Of a stretch of DNA of 64,000 nucleotides, positions 26,557-41,600 are shown piece by piece. The stretch is from Chrysomallon squamiferum (lineage: Eukaryota > Animalia > Mollusca), in contig CM022665.1 in the NCBI GenBank assembly GCA_012295275.1, positions 22,444,001 to 22,508,000 on the forward strand, written 5' to 3'. The notes under the pieces are model-generated. The model was not told where the DNA came from, made no database searches, and saw only the letters and a list, made by a program, of their open reading frames with translations. The position numbers were made by a program, and so were the translations under genes. How positions within the stretch are numbered: the first letter of the stretch is position 1; every line of letters begins with the position of its first letter.

Positions 26557-29500
26557 AATGATGGTATCTGCAATAATAGAACCATTAATAAAAGAGTCAT
26601 TATTATTTATTTCTGTGCAGAAACTACAACACCTGTTTGACAAACTTGACACAGACCATGATGGACGACTGACCATTAATGATTTCATAGATGGACATCA
26701 GCGCAGCTCAGCACTGAAACGCCCTTCAACTGGTGTAACCCCTTCACCACTCCTTAGTCCTCAACATACTCCTTATGATGGTCAAAGGAAGACACCTAGA
26801 ACCATGGCAATGTCAAAAAAACTCTTTCCATCTCCTAATGCTGAGAGAAACACATCTGTATTGTCAAACAGTCGACTCTCTGGAATTTTCTCCTGCATAG
26901 ATCCTAATGAAACAGGGCAAGGATAAAAAAAATGTTTTATTAATTTAAATCTGATTAAACAACTATAATAATAATAATAATAATAATAATAAGCAGAAGA
27001 AGAAGAACAACAACAACACCAACAACATCAACACATCAAACTATTACATTAAATAAAATCAGAACAAAAAAATAAGGTCAATAACAGCATATACATACAT
27101 ACACATATGTGTATAACTACCTACCTATACAGTAGTATAACGTTAACTTATTTGTTGAAGTATCTTCATCCACCTTTATTAACATTAACATTTATATTTT
27201 GCTGCTATTACTAACATTAGGGACCTTTAAGAATTTGATACTGGATTATGAATGTATAATATAAGTTAATTGTCTAACTGCAACCTAAATTATATTTTAA
27301 TTTATTTGATTTTTTTATAGATATGCAAATGCTGATGATGTTGTTGATCTCTGGGAAACATTAAACATTCCTGACCCACCAACTTTGCTTCAGGTACAAA
27401 TCTGAATAGTGTTTCAACACAAGATTAATCTTTAATTTACATTCTTACTGTTATGCTGAGGTAATATTTTTTTATCTGAACTGGAACCAAGCACTAAGAT
27501 AAGCATGTCTATTATATATTACTAAAAAAGAGAAATGCTTTTTGCTTTATTTTTATAAAACAATTTTCAGTGATTTTTTGATTTGTAATCAATTTTTCAA
27601 TGTTGTGATTTCTATATACTAAAATATATTGGTTTTAATTTAGACTGCTGAAATAAAGATAATGTTCTGTTTTTAACTGCTACATTATCATTATCAATTT
27701 TTCCAGTTTTTTCATTAGCTGCAGATAATTCCAAAGAGTGAAAGTATCTCTCATCATAATTATAATTTTTTCTTTTTTCTTCGTTGTCTTTTTTTTTTAA
27801 CTTAAAGTGTAGTTTGATGGTAAAAAAAGAAATAGCCTAAATATATGCTGTATACTTTTAAGTAATATTTTATTGTGTTTTTACCATCCATTCTTAATTA
27901 ACATTGGATAATAAAAAAAAAAAAAATCAGTTTAAAAATATCTGGGCACTCTTTTTTTCTATAACTATGGCATCATTACATACAACGCAAACCGAATTGC
28001 TCTAGTTTTCAGGAAGGGATAAAATAACAAAATTCAAATATTTTCTAGGAGTTTAGTTTACAGTTACATTTTGTTATTAAAATCGTTGGTCACTTGATCC
28101 AAATAAAAAAATAACTTGTGAGTATAATGGAATTTTTTAGATCATCCATTCGTAACCATGTTTATTAACATGATTATTTTATTTGTTTGTTCTGTTTTTG
28201 TTAAGATTTTTGAAACAGATTTTTAAGGTGTGTATAATGTTTGATTTCAGGACCTCGGAATTAATCCTCATTCTAAGGTTAATCTTGAGGAGCTGACAGG
28301 TTTAATTGACCAGGCAGTGTCTGACTCGGATGTTGACATATTCTGTCAGATTGCACTGGTAATGTGTGAAAACGAAATTCAGTACAGAAGGTAATCAAAC
28401 AGTACAGTGAAATGTTGTATATTATATGCAATTTAAATATACTGAGATTTGAAGTGAGATCCTTACTGATGTATGTTTGGTATGTTTACATCACTGATGG
28501 TACATTAAAAGCCATAGTGTGTGCTATCCTTCATTAAGAAAAATAAATATAAAAAACTGTTAACCGAAAAACATAACAGGACTTTAAAATATCACATGGT
28601 GTTCATGAAAAAATGTGACTGTGCTGCTTCTGAAGACTCTAGCTTTGAATTTTATTAGTGAGTAAATGAAATTTATTAGTAACAGACGATTAACCAACAT
28701 TAATTGTATTTGACAAGGTAATTTGATTCCAAGAATAATCCTATAACAGGGACACTGTAGTTAATGTTCAAAACTTATAATAATATATTTTTTATTTCTT
28801 TAATTATTATTTAATTTTGTATGCATGTTAATGATTTAGGCTAAGATTTATCCTTTGCTTTTTCACTCTGTTTACCAAATTTGAAAATACATCTTTATGT
28901 TATTTGTGACAGGACACTGTTCAACAAAGTCAGACAGGAGAGAGACAAATATCTACTGGACCTGCGTGAGGTCAATGCCAGAAATGCTATCCTAGCCAAG
29001 GAGTTTGACGATCGACATATAGAGATAGAAAAATCAACAGAAGCAAAACTCTTGTATGTACAGTTTTTGAAATTAACAATTAATTAATTTGTCTCAGTGT
29101 TAAAAATGATTTTCACTTTTTATGCTTTTGGATATATATTTTAGCTGTGTTGTGTTTAGCTTTTATCATATCGAAATAACCCTGTTTGATTGCTGTATGA
29201 GATTTCCTAAATTAATTCTTATATAATTTGAAATTGCTAATTTTCAAATATTTTTTGTCCTCCACATTGATATGTTTTAGATTGTTACAAATTGTAATGA
29301 TTTGGGTAATACTATATGCATATTTATAATTAAATTTCTGCTTTTCTTCTTTCTTTTTTTATCTCTTTTATTTTTTAAAGAATTTAATTATATCTATTAC
29401 AAAAATCGTAGGAATGAATTATCAATTTATTAGTATAATATATTAAAACAGTATATATTTTTTCTCAGCATATAAATCCTGTTTTGTTTTGATGTTACTT

Positions 29501-30632
29501 TTATGCTATCAAATATTTTACTTTCACAATTTTGCTTCAGTGAAATTATTTGTGAAATAAAGAAAACATATTTGTAAGTAACAAGACTGGGTTGGATGTT
29601 TTTACTGGTTCCAGGGTTTATAACAATTTTTGTATCTTTTATTTTATTCTTTTCATTTTTTTCATAAATAATATCCAATTTATCATTTCATTTTATTTTG
29701 TTTTATTTCTTTTTTGTTTTGTTTTAGGTACATTAAATGGACGAAAAAGGTTATTTACATGTATATGTATATATATACATATATATTATTATTTTTTTTT
29801 ACAAATGCTTTTCCTTTTGAAATGCTCATGCTAGTGTAGTTGCTGAATTTGCGGCACATGCTGTCAAATACTATTTTTAATAAAACCATTTATTATTATA
29901 TCAGCTATCTTGGGATTGTAGTTTTCTTTGTCTGTGCATGTATTTGAAAAAGTTATTAAATGTGTTTATTTTCTTTAAGGATGCATTTATCATGAATAAA
30001 TATTTGATCATTTAACTATTTGTTAGTGAAATATAATGACTAAATTTAGTAAAAAAATATTCATGACAGATATTTTTCAGTTATATTTAAGGGGAAATAA
30101 TTTGGTTTGGATATCTATATAGCTATAGCAGTATGAATGTTTTATGAATAAAAATTCCTGCAAAGTCAGATAAAGGGTGTAATTAGATTTGATGCATGTT
30201 TACTAAATTTAGATGGAATTTAGTAAATTAACTTGCCTATATTAATGGACATATATTCATATATTTAGTAGATAATAACTAATATAAATTATACTGGAAT
30301 AATAAAAACTTAAACATTTAATTTTATTTAGTACTTGGCAGTTATTTCAACAGTTTATTAATATTTTGTTAATAACAACAACAAAAATTAGTAACTGAAC
30401 AATAACAATATGGTTTCAAATAATTAGTTTCAGAATTGTTAATTAGGAGTGAAAGCTCGAGCTTTAGTTTTAAAAATGTAGTTTATTCTATATTTTTCCT
30501 CTGCTTGATTTAATAAAATAATTGCATGTGTGGTATGCAAGAGCCCTATTACCAGAATATGTTAAACTTAAGCTGCATGTAAATGCAGATAATGAATAAT
30601 TTTGATATGTGTAGTTTAATGTTGGATTGTGA

Positions 30633-30701
<69 letters not shown>

Positions 30702-30783
30702 ATTATTTCAGGTACAAATAATAATCATTTATATTAAGAATATATTACAGAGTCATTAAAAATATATGATGAGACGCATAAAT

Positions 30784-30831
<48 letters not shown>

Positions 30832-31164
30832 ACACATACATAAACAACCGAATACACCTGCATAATAATAGTACTAATAATAGTAACAGATGCATACTTA
30901 TAAACAAATATTTAAACCACTCTAGTTTCACAGTAATGTATTAAATGTTAGCCATGCTAAAATATAAATACCAGATATATATTTAATTATTTACATGGAT
31001 AACTTATCATGTGTTAATCACTGCACATAGATTTATTTTTGTATAAGGAAAATGATATTACAGCTCCTAATATATTTTTCATTATTGCTCTTAATTGTAT
31101 AGCTTTGTTGCACATGGATTAACTTTAAATAGAATTCCAACATTTAATTTAAACATTATCTGAA

Positions 31165-31205
<41 letters not shown>

Positions 31206-34200
31206 TATTATTATTTCAAATATTTTATTTAGTTTAAAGAACATTATTTTTTTTACATCTTTTAAATGATCATCATTATCATCATCAATGTCATCGCCAT
31301 CATCATAATTATTTATAAGTCAGTAATGTTTTAATTTTAATGTCAAGAAGTAATAATAACAAAATTATTTAGAGAAACTTTTGAAAATAGATCCTGTTAA
31401 AAATAATTGTGTTTCTCCTAAATTACTGAGTAATGTTGTTTGCAGATCACTGTATTAATTTATGTACAATGTTTAATGCTCTTCTGTGTGGAATATGTTT
31501 TTAAAATATGCCATCTAATTTCTGTCTTTGGAGGAAATAGATTTTAAACACACAATAAAGCCAGTTAAGAACTACTCATCCACTGAAAACACTAAAGTTT
31601 AATTTGTAGTAATAGTCTGTAACTAAATAAAGTTTTAATTCTTATTATTTTTTATGGGTTTTAAAATTTTACATCTGTATGTGTATGTGTGGTTATGAGT
31701 ATTTTTATCCTATATGGATATGTTTTAATTTTTATTCCTTATTTTTTAAAATGTTTTTCAAAATCATATATACAGTTAGTATTGTTTTAAATGTCTTTAT
31801 CCTTTGTGACAAAACATTTTATTTCTTATTTAAAATTGTATATCTAATTAATAGTGTTTCTAAGATATTTATCATGTGTAACCAAAGGTTTCATTTATTT
31901 ATTTTCCTTTTTTATGTGTTTCAAAATTAAAAAAGATAATGATAATAAAAAATAAAAAATCACATAGACTCTTAACAGTTATTCTCAGAATATTTACATT
32001 TGATTTGTATTTGATTTCCTATATGGTTGTCTTGTAGTACCATTGAACACAAACACCAAGAGCAGATTGCAAAGCTTCAGAATCAGTTAGATAAAGTGAA
32101 TGAAGAACATGCCAATGAGTCGGAGCACTTTGAAATGACCATATCACAAGTGAAAGAAGAGGAACTGAAACTGAAAGAACAAGCTCTACAGTTTCAGAAG
32201 GTTTATTTTATTTATTTTTTTATTTTTATGTGATACTGATTTTCTGGGTAATGACAGTTTTTAATTCAGATAAGCATTAACATTTAACACTTTATTAAAT
32301 TTCATTTTTTATTTGTCAAAGTGATCTGCAGACTTGTTTAATACATATGCATCAATATATATGTTTGTATTGATTTTTTTGTGTAAAATGACAAGATAAA
32401 TGGTTCTATATGACAATTACATTTTATCTTTCAGGAGGTGCAGAAATTGGAGGCTGAGGTTGCAGATTTGTCAGACAAATTGTCCAGAGCTGAAAATGAA
32501 AAAATAAATCTTTTAAAAGACTTGGAAGAAATGGAAGAATTACAAAAGAAAGTAAAATTATTTAATACTTATTGAAGTACTTTTTTAACTAATGTTAAAT
32601 ATGTTTCTGTTGTTTTACATAAACATCTTGCTAAATATATCTATCTGTCTATTTATTAATCTACCTACCTATACACACACACACACACACACACACACAG
32701 GCACATACATACATAATAATATATATTTATACATAATGTTAACTTTCCAAATCTTTGTAGGACTATTCTTAAAGCCTATGCTTAAATTCAATACTTAAAT
32801 TTATTTTTCGATTATAAACAATGAATAAATGTAATTCTAATAGTCTAGGCAGTTATTTGAATCTGGAGAAACTTAATACAGACTTTTCTGCTGTTACTGA
32901 TGAAAAGATAGACAATGTGAATATGTAAGCAGTATACTAGTAGTACAATATATACATCTGACTGAAACCTATGGGGAGATAACTGATTACTAAACTGTCA
33001 AAGGAATGGTATATCAATTTGAAAAATTTTGACTCTCATACATTAAAGGCTATGGTTTGTGCATTGTTGTCTGTATCAAAGTGCATATAAAAAGATACCT
33101 TGCGGATCATTTATGAGGACTGCCCATCACTGACCAGTATTAGACTCTAAGAGACACCAGGCAACTGTTTATCCAAAAAAATGTAATGTGAAATTTTAAA
33201 AAATGCATTCATTGGCTCATTTTTCACACAGCATTTGAAACTGATTCATTTATTTATTTATCTTTATAAGCTGCCTGAATACGACCATGAAGAATTAGAA
33301 AATTCCATGAAAATTATGCAGGAAAAATTAGACAGACTACAGGAAGAAAACAAGGTAAGTAACCCAATCAGAATCAGTCTGATTCTGTTTACAGACAATA
33401 CCTACAGAAAATAAAATAATGAAAGATAATGGTTAAATTAATTTTTCAAATAAAAATGGAAAAAATAAAATTACTTATTCATTAATGTTATTTTTATTAT
33501 TGTTATTATTATTTATTTATTTATTATTTTATTTTATTTTTAATTTATTTTGGTGGGAGGGGTAGATGAATTATATTGCCACATGTTATTAGTTACTATA
33601 TTCATGACAGAACCTCAAAGACAGGAATGATGAGCTGATTGGTGAACTGGAGGTTACTAAGCAACAAAGCATGATGAGAAAACAGCGACGAAGTCTTCCA
33701 ACTGTCAGCAGCTCCATGATACCAGTGCGAGATGGAACTTCGTTGTCTGAATACTTCATGAAAAGAAGAGCTTCAGCAACTTCAGTATCATCCAATGGTA
33801 TTATATATTAGTGTTATATATTATTAATTAAAGATGTTTTCTTCATGAAATGATTGTATGAAGAAGTCTTTTTAACCGTCTTTTTAACAGTCCACTGAAC
33901 TTTAAGTATAATGGAAATTATTAATTGTTTTTTTTGCAGATTCACATACTTATAAAATACTGTTAATTGCAATAAGGCCTCTTTAGTTCTAAAATATCAC
34001 AAAAAACATTATCTATTATTTACAAACTGGAATGTGAATTTTTTCCAGATTGACACAGGAAGTATCTTGATGTTAAATTAAAAAAAAAAAAAATGTAATT
34101 TATTTTGAAACAAATTGTACATGTTTAACAATTTTTATTTAATGCATTATTTTCTGTAGATGTGTTTGAAGCTGATGAGACTGAAGACAATTTCCTCAAC

Positions 34201-37200
34201 AGACATAAAGCAAAACATCGCTTACAAGACACTCAATCTCACAGCTATGATGATGACAGTCAGTACTTTTAAAATTAATTTAAAATGTTACATATATTTT
34301 ATACAACTTTCCATTACAATTCTTTTTTAAAGTGACAGTTGTCATCAGTCACCTTGTGATTATCTTCATCATTATCGACATTATAATTATTGCTATTCCT
34401 ACAGACTTTTACTAATTATATAATAATATCTTTTACACTTGCGTCTAATTTAATTAAGCTTAAACTTACTGATTGATGTGAATTTGTGAATTTAATTTCC
34501 TGGTTACCCACCAATTACTGATGACCAGAATTGTAACTTGTGTCATGTTGGTGACTTAAAACACTGGCCTGATATTTGTAGGTGAAAGTGAAACACAAAG
34601 TTTGTCCAACTCAATGAAGATATCTTTGCTAGAAAAGGATGAAAAAGAACGAGAACACTGGTTCCGAGTTGAACTGTCTCTGTTAGAAGAACAGCACTGT
34701 CGTGAAAAACAGGAATTACATCAAATGTTTGAGATAGAGAAGGTAACTGTTTATATAATACTGTGTGTGTGTGAGTGTGTGAGAAATACAAATTGGGATC
34801 TGCTGCATGTATCTCTGAATTTTCATAATGAGTAAACAAGTGTGTGTATGTGTATCTATGCATTTGTGATGGTATCAAAGGATATGGTTCACTTTCTATA
34901 TATTATGGTTTAGTAAGTTTGAGAAAGTTTATATAAATCTGTTTCTTTGCAAATGTTTCTATTCAAGCCAGGGATCCATGACTAGTATGTTAAAGGCATT
35001 GTTTGGAGTTAAGTGCTTTCCAAAGGAAAGATGCATATAACTGTTTTGTTGATGGTAATTGATATATGTGAAATATATATATAAAATAATATAAAATCTT
35101 TTACATTCAATTTTGTTTCTTTTTTCTTCAGGTTTTAACAAACACCAGTTTTATATATATATATATAGATAAAACCAGTGTTTGTTAAAACCTGGAAAAA
35201 AAAGAAATAAATCTGAATGTAAAAGATTAAAACTGTTAATTATAGTTCATTAGTTCAAATAATATATTCATTATCAACCATGAGGTGATTGATTGATTGA
35301 TGGGTTCATTTATTTATTCATCCAATTTAGACTCATGCATGATAATCAAGAAAATTTTTATATTTATCAGGTATATTTGTAAACAGCATTATTAATCAAT
35401 CGATTGATTCTTTCAACCTAGGCTCAGCTGCGTGAGAATCTAGAACATAAAAAGCAGCAAGCCTTAGCTGAGAAGGAAAAAGAACTGCAGACAGCATTTG
35501 CATTAGAAAAACAAGATCTGCTTGAACGATCTGAGACAGAGAAAAATTTAATTCTGCAGGAACTGGCCAGGTCAGATGCTAAATCATAATTAGACGAGTA
35601 AATGTAAAATTTGTTACAGTATGTATTTTACTGGGTTTCAGAATTTAATGTCTTGCATATTACAACTATTCAGTGAAACTTTTTACACTGATAAACATTA
35701 GAGAGGTCGGTTTGATATAGTATATAGTTACAGTTATTTATTCATTTAAAAGTTAAATTTTAAAAGTATTCCTGAATAGAGGAATGAAACAAAATCCAGT
35801 ATGATTATGTTTCTTATATAGATGTAGTTCTTTTTTTCAATTTTTCACATTTAATATTTTAAAATTTTTATATTTAATATTGTTATGGAATAATCTAATA
35901 ACAATCTTTTTTGTAATTGTTTATTGTCCAAAAAATTATTATTAAGTTATTTAGTTTATACACTGCACCTTAATAGTTTGAATTTTCATTGTTTCAAATC
36001 ACTTTGTTTATAAGCTATATTCAGAATTCAAAACAGTATAAAACCTTTTACAATTTATAATGTATTCAGACTTAAAGAACAAAGGACAAATCACACTGAA
36101 GCCAGAATTCAGCAGGTTGAAAGTGAATTGACACAGAAGATACGGGAACTGGAAGCTGAGCTAGACAACAGACAAAAAATTATTGAGAATTTTGAGAAAA
36201 GTTTAGCTGATCTAAAACTACACTTCAGATTACAGGTACTCTTTTGTGATGCAGCTTACAAATTTAAGTGATGTAGTTATTAAGCTATTGGTCTTAATGG
36301 CCTGAAATATAAGAATTTTATTTCATTAAATAGAGTATATTTTAAAAGAAAAAAAGAAAAATGTGATAAAAATGTTTAAAAATTATAATTATTATAGTCT
36401 GACAGAATTTTTTTATTATTATAATAAAAGTATAAAGGACAAGTAAATAGAAAAAAATAAATATATATATATATATATATCTACACATACATACTGCTTA
36501 AAAAGATTATATTTTCAATCACTAATGTTAATTTGTATTATGTGTATTGATAAAATATTCTGGTGGTGTGAAAAGTCATTAATTATGTTTTTAATCAGTT
36601 TTCATTTTCTCTCATTTAAATTTATTGGGGCAGATAAACCATTGTTTGTCACATATCATTATATTTTTGAACACTGAATTTGATATACAATGTTATATTT
36701 GATAATACAGTATTTAAATAAATCATTAATTATTAAGTTAATGATTAACATTGTTAAATGTACCCAGGAGGAGGAGTTAAAACAAGAATGTGATAGACAG
36801 TTGGATGAAAAAGAGGAACAGATGAAAGTGAAAATCAGAGAGCTTGAATCCCAGCATGTGTTACAGATAATGGACTATGAAGATATGTTGAATGGGGTAA
36901 AAATGTAATCTTTACATCCACTATTTTGGCAGTAAGATCTGCTTGTACAGAAGAGAGGACATTTCAAGAATTTTAGTCAAGAAAGGGACTTGAGATGACT
37001 AGAAACCACAAGAAATATTCAAATGGTTCTTACAATGTCATATAATTCTCTATCATTCTTTTTGTTTGTTTGTTTTGGTGGGGCTTTTTTTTTCCAAATT
37101 ATTACATTTAGTAAATTGTTACAGTAAACAGACAAAATAAAATATTTTATTCTGATTTCTCATTGGTAGAATTATTATAAATGATCATTATGCTACAACA

Positions 37201-38621
37201 TATTTGGCATTCTTGCACTGGAAACAATTTTATATGTGAAAATATTTGAAATGGTTGAAACCAAAAACTTTTAATACAAATTATTACTTCAACTTTTCTT
37301 TGGAATAGATAATTCACTCTATCTATTAGAAATTTTATTTTTATGGTTATGAACAAAAATATGTTGTTTTCAGGGTTTTGATTCATTGAGAGGGAAATTA
37401 CGTGATGATTTCTTGACTCTGCTACAAGAGAAGACAGAAAGTGTCATTGCCATTCACCAGACCAACATGTGTAAAGAAATGGAAGCTCTACAGATAAAGT
37501 TAGAAAACGAATATTCAGCCAAACATATGGCTTTACAAAAACAACAAGAAGATTTGGAAATGGAGAGGATGGTCATGTTGAAACAGTTGAAGAATGATAG
37601 AGACTGTCTTGACGCCCAGAGGGTAACCATGGTGAAACAACAGCATGTTGACAACCATCTTGAAATGGAAAGAGCTGCCATGTTAGAGAGGGAAAAAGAA
37701 GAAAGCTGGAATAAAGAAAGATTAGTTGTAGAACAGAATCACCGGGATGAAATTGTAAAATTGAAAGAAGAACTGGGTAGGAGTTTCAGAACATTAATTA
37801 GTTTTGCTTGTGGGCAGAAAAGCTAAAGACGAGTTCCTGATTTACATTTTCTTTTCATAATAATGTGTAGTTCCACATTCTGAAGTTAACTAATCAAAAT
37901 TCTTCTCACTTGCAGTTTAAGACTTCTTCAAGTTAACTAAACTTTTGTTTATGACATATCTGCAGTATTCACCAATTATTATAAATACTCTTCCATCCTT
38001 GAATTTTATCACAAAAAACACAAAAGACTATAATAATTTAAAATGACTACATTAAAATCTACTTCTACATATTTTTTCCTGTTCCAGAACAAAATATAAA
38101 ATGATGCAAAAATTGATTTAGAATTTGTATACGTATGTGTATATAACCAGTATATATTTGTGTGTGTATGTGTATTTTTTATGTTAAACTGAAGGTGATG
38201 CTTTTGAGAAAGAGTGTACAGCACTGATGCAGAGGTATGAAGATCAGATAATAGAATTAAGAAAACATCTTGGAGATTTGAGGGTTTGTGTTGATGCTGA
38301 GAGAACAAGACATAATGAACAGCTAGAGAAGCAGCAAGAACTCACAGAACAGATAAACAAATCTACAATGGTAATCTTAAATATTTTGCCAAAATATTTA
38401 TAATTTCTTTCTTTTTATCTCAGTGTCTTTTACATTTTGCCATGAAGCCAGAGAGAGAGAGAATGAAACTGGATTTTTTTTCAATAGTTGCTTTTTATTA
38501 TTAGCAGGGTGAGATATGGACCAAAGATACTCAGTAATATTTAGCTTTCAAAGTTTTCATTTTAAGCAGAATATCTTGGAGTAAAAGCCATTTTCTTTTC
38601 CACAGACCAAATATTGAGGGG

Positions 38622-38652
<31 letters not shown>

Positions 38653-41600
38653 ATATAGTTATTATATCTTGGGTTCTTTTTTTACATACAGGAAGAATTA
38701 CAAGGTTCCTTTGATAGTGAGAAGAAACAGCTTGAACACAAAATTGAAACTCTTCAGCAGGAGGTATCTCAACTGAAATATGTTATAGAAGAAAAAGATC
38801 AAATTATTGCTGCTTTGAAAGAGAAGCTGTTGGAAATAGATTTTCAGAAACAACAAGTAAGTCGTTTTGTTTCACTTACTATTATGCTTTGTATATTAAA
38901 AATTTATCACTGTAATTCCATTTTGTGTGCAGCATTGTAGTTATTATTTATAATATACTATTTCTACCACTAAAATTTATAATACTTCAACTGCCCTTGC
39001 CAGAGGCATTTAGTTTTTACTTGTTGTGTTTATCTCTCTGTCTCTCTCTTTCTCCATATATTTATCTTCTCTCTTTATACATATGTGATTGGACATTTTT
39101 TAAACTGAAAAAAAAAAAAAAGAAGATAAACAGTAAAAATAAAAATAAACATTGAATATGTTTCTTTTTCTGTTTTTCTGTCTACGAAAATAAATAATTA
39201 TTTTTTAATAATAATAATAATAAAATTTCTACATTTTACACATCTTCGTTTTTTCATGTGTGAATATATGCATTTTTTATGAGATGTGCTGTGGTTTCAG
39301 CTGGAAATGCAAATTGAAGAGTGTAACAGTGATCAGCTTTTACTAAGTGAAAATGAGCAGCTTGTTTCAGAAAAAAACCAGTTACAGAAGAGCAACACTG
39401 TAATGCAGGAAGAAATAGATCAGTTAAAGGTTGAGAAAAGTGAATTTAGCCAGTGTAAAATGGACATGCAGGGTGAAGTGGACAAATTAATTTCAGAAAA
39501 GGAAAGGTTAAAAGAGTCTCAGATTGAACTAGAAAATCAAATTGAAAAGTTAGTTTCAGAGAAAGATGATTTAGAACAAAATAAAGCAGAAATGAAAAAT
39601 GAAATTAACAAATTAGCTTCAGAGAAAGATGATTTAGAAGAATGTAAAACACAAATGGAAAATCAAATAGAAAAGTTAAATTCAGAGAAAGAACATTTGG
39701 AACAGTGTAAAGAACAAATGGAAAATCAAATAGAAAAGTTAATTTCAGAGAAAGAAAGTTTAGATCAGTATAAAACACAAACAGAAAACAAAATTGAACA
39801 ATTAATTTCCGACAATGAAAGTTTAGGATATTGTAAAACAGAAATGAAAAATCAAATAGAAAAGTTGATTACAGAGAAAGAAGTATTAGAACAGTGTAAA
39901 GCTGACATGCAGAGAGAAATGGATAAGTTACATTCAGAGAAAAAAGCATTTCACGAGAGCAGATCTAAATTTCTAAGTGAAATGGAAAATCTGGAACCAG
40001 AACAGACACAGACTAGTTCTTTAGAATGGGTGAGATTTATTTATAACCTACATTTTTGTTTTAAATGGTCACAGTTCTTTGTATGAACAAATGATTCAAA
40101 TAAATATGTAGAGCCAGAAAGATAAAGTGCCTGGGATATTCTATTGTTCATCACAGATGGTTTATTTTATGTACTTTTTTCAGTTGAGCTTATAGACCCT
40201 GTGATTGATGTATATATTATTCAAACAGTCACATATTCTTCAGAATGGATATCTGTGAAATACAATAATATATTACTTTATTTGCTAAACAAATTTAAAG
40301 TTGTAATTTTATGTTTTGACAGCAAAGTCTTAAAGCAGACAATGAACGTTTAAAATGCAGACTTCAGCATACTCTGCAGCAAATGGAAGAACTTTCTAGG
40401 AATATGGAGCAAGTTAGTCAATTTTAATGAGAATAATTAAAAAAATGATAACATTTAATTAAAATTGGTCAGTCAATAAACTAACATATTCCAATAAAGA
40501 TAGCCATTATAAATGTCTTATAATTCCACACTGATACATAAACTGGGCATAAACTTGAAATTAATAAGTGGGGAAATGCTGTCCCCGTTTTCATCACTGC
40601 TTAGCATTGTTAAAAAAATCACCTGTGAACTGGAAGGAACAAAAACAAATATAAGGCCACTGAGGAGAAAGGCAGTTAGTTTTTAACATGTTATTTGATT
40701 TTTTGATTTTTTTAAAATCATTTAACAATCACATAAACACCATTATAACATTTTATTTATGTGATACTAACTTATCTAATATTCTTCCAAATTAGTACAT
40801 TTGTGAAGAAATGAAAACTAGGTGATAAATAAAACTGTCAAATGATAATAATAATTTAAGAAATATAAAAAAAATATAAAAATGTTGTGAGATAGAGTAA
40901 CCAGATTTTCATTTTACAAAAATTTATTTCAAACATTCAGTGTGACTTGTTTATTTTAGAATTCTATATGCTTAACTAAACGTGGGCTTGCTCGACGATA
41001 TCTCAAGGTATTTTCATCTTGGTTTTTTTGTGTGTTTTTTTTTGTGTTTTTTTAACTTTTTCTACAGGAAAATGATATTCTTCGCACTCAGTTACAAGAA
41101 AATCAGCTTGAGTTGTCTAAACTAAAGGTGTGTTGTGGGCTTTTCTACTAACATTAACCATTTTCTGTCTTCGATGGAATCAAACATTTGACTTTTCTTC
41201 TTTTTTTTAACACGATGCAGTTTGAAATTGTGTTTTTTTTTTTTTCTTTCTTTTTCATATAATAATGTTATTAAAAAGAAACAATAACTTGTACAATAAA
41301 ATAATTACAAAACAAAGGCCCTGACCCCTAAAATATTTTGCATTTCACAATTTTCTTTATAAATTTTGTTTTACAGAAAGAAGAAAATATTCTTAGTTTA
41401 TGTCATTTTGTATTTTAACATACGTTTTTTGCTGTTGACTAAGAAATAAAATTTTAACACATAAAATATTTAAAGGTAATATTTTTTACATACAAGTTTC
41501 TACAAGTGTTTCAGCATATGTATGTTTTATATATATATATGCAAGAACAAAATTAACTTTTTGATTATTTCCCCCTCCCCTTTTTTTTTGTCCTGTTGAC

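Noticed and set aside
26393-26620. Poly-Met N-terminus of ORF 26393-26926
   Set aside because: Intronic (ATG)n microsatellite; the real exon starts at the acceptor at 26621.
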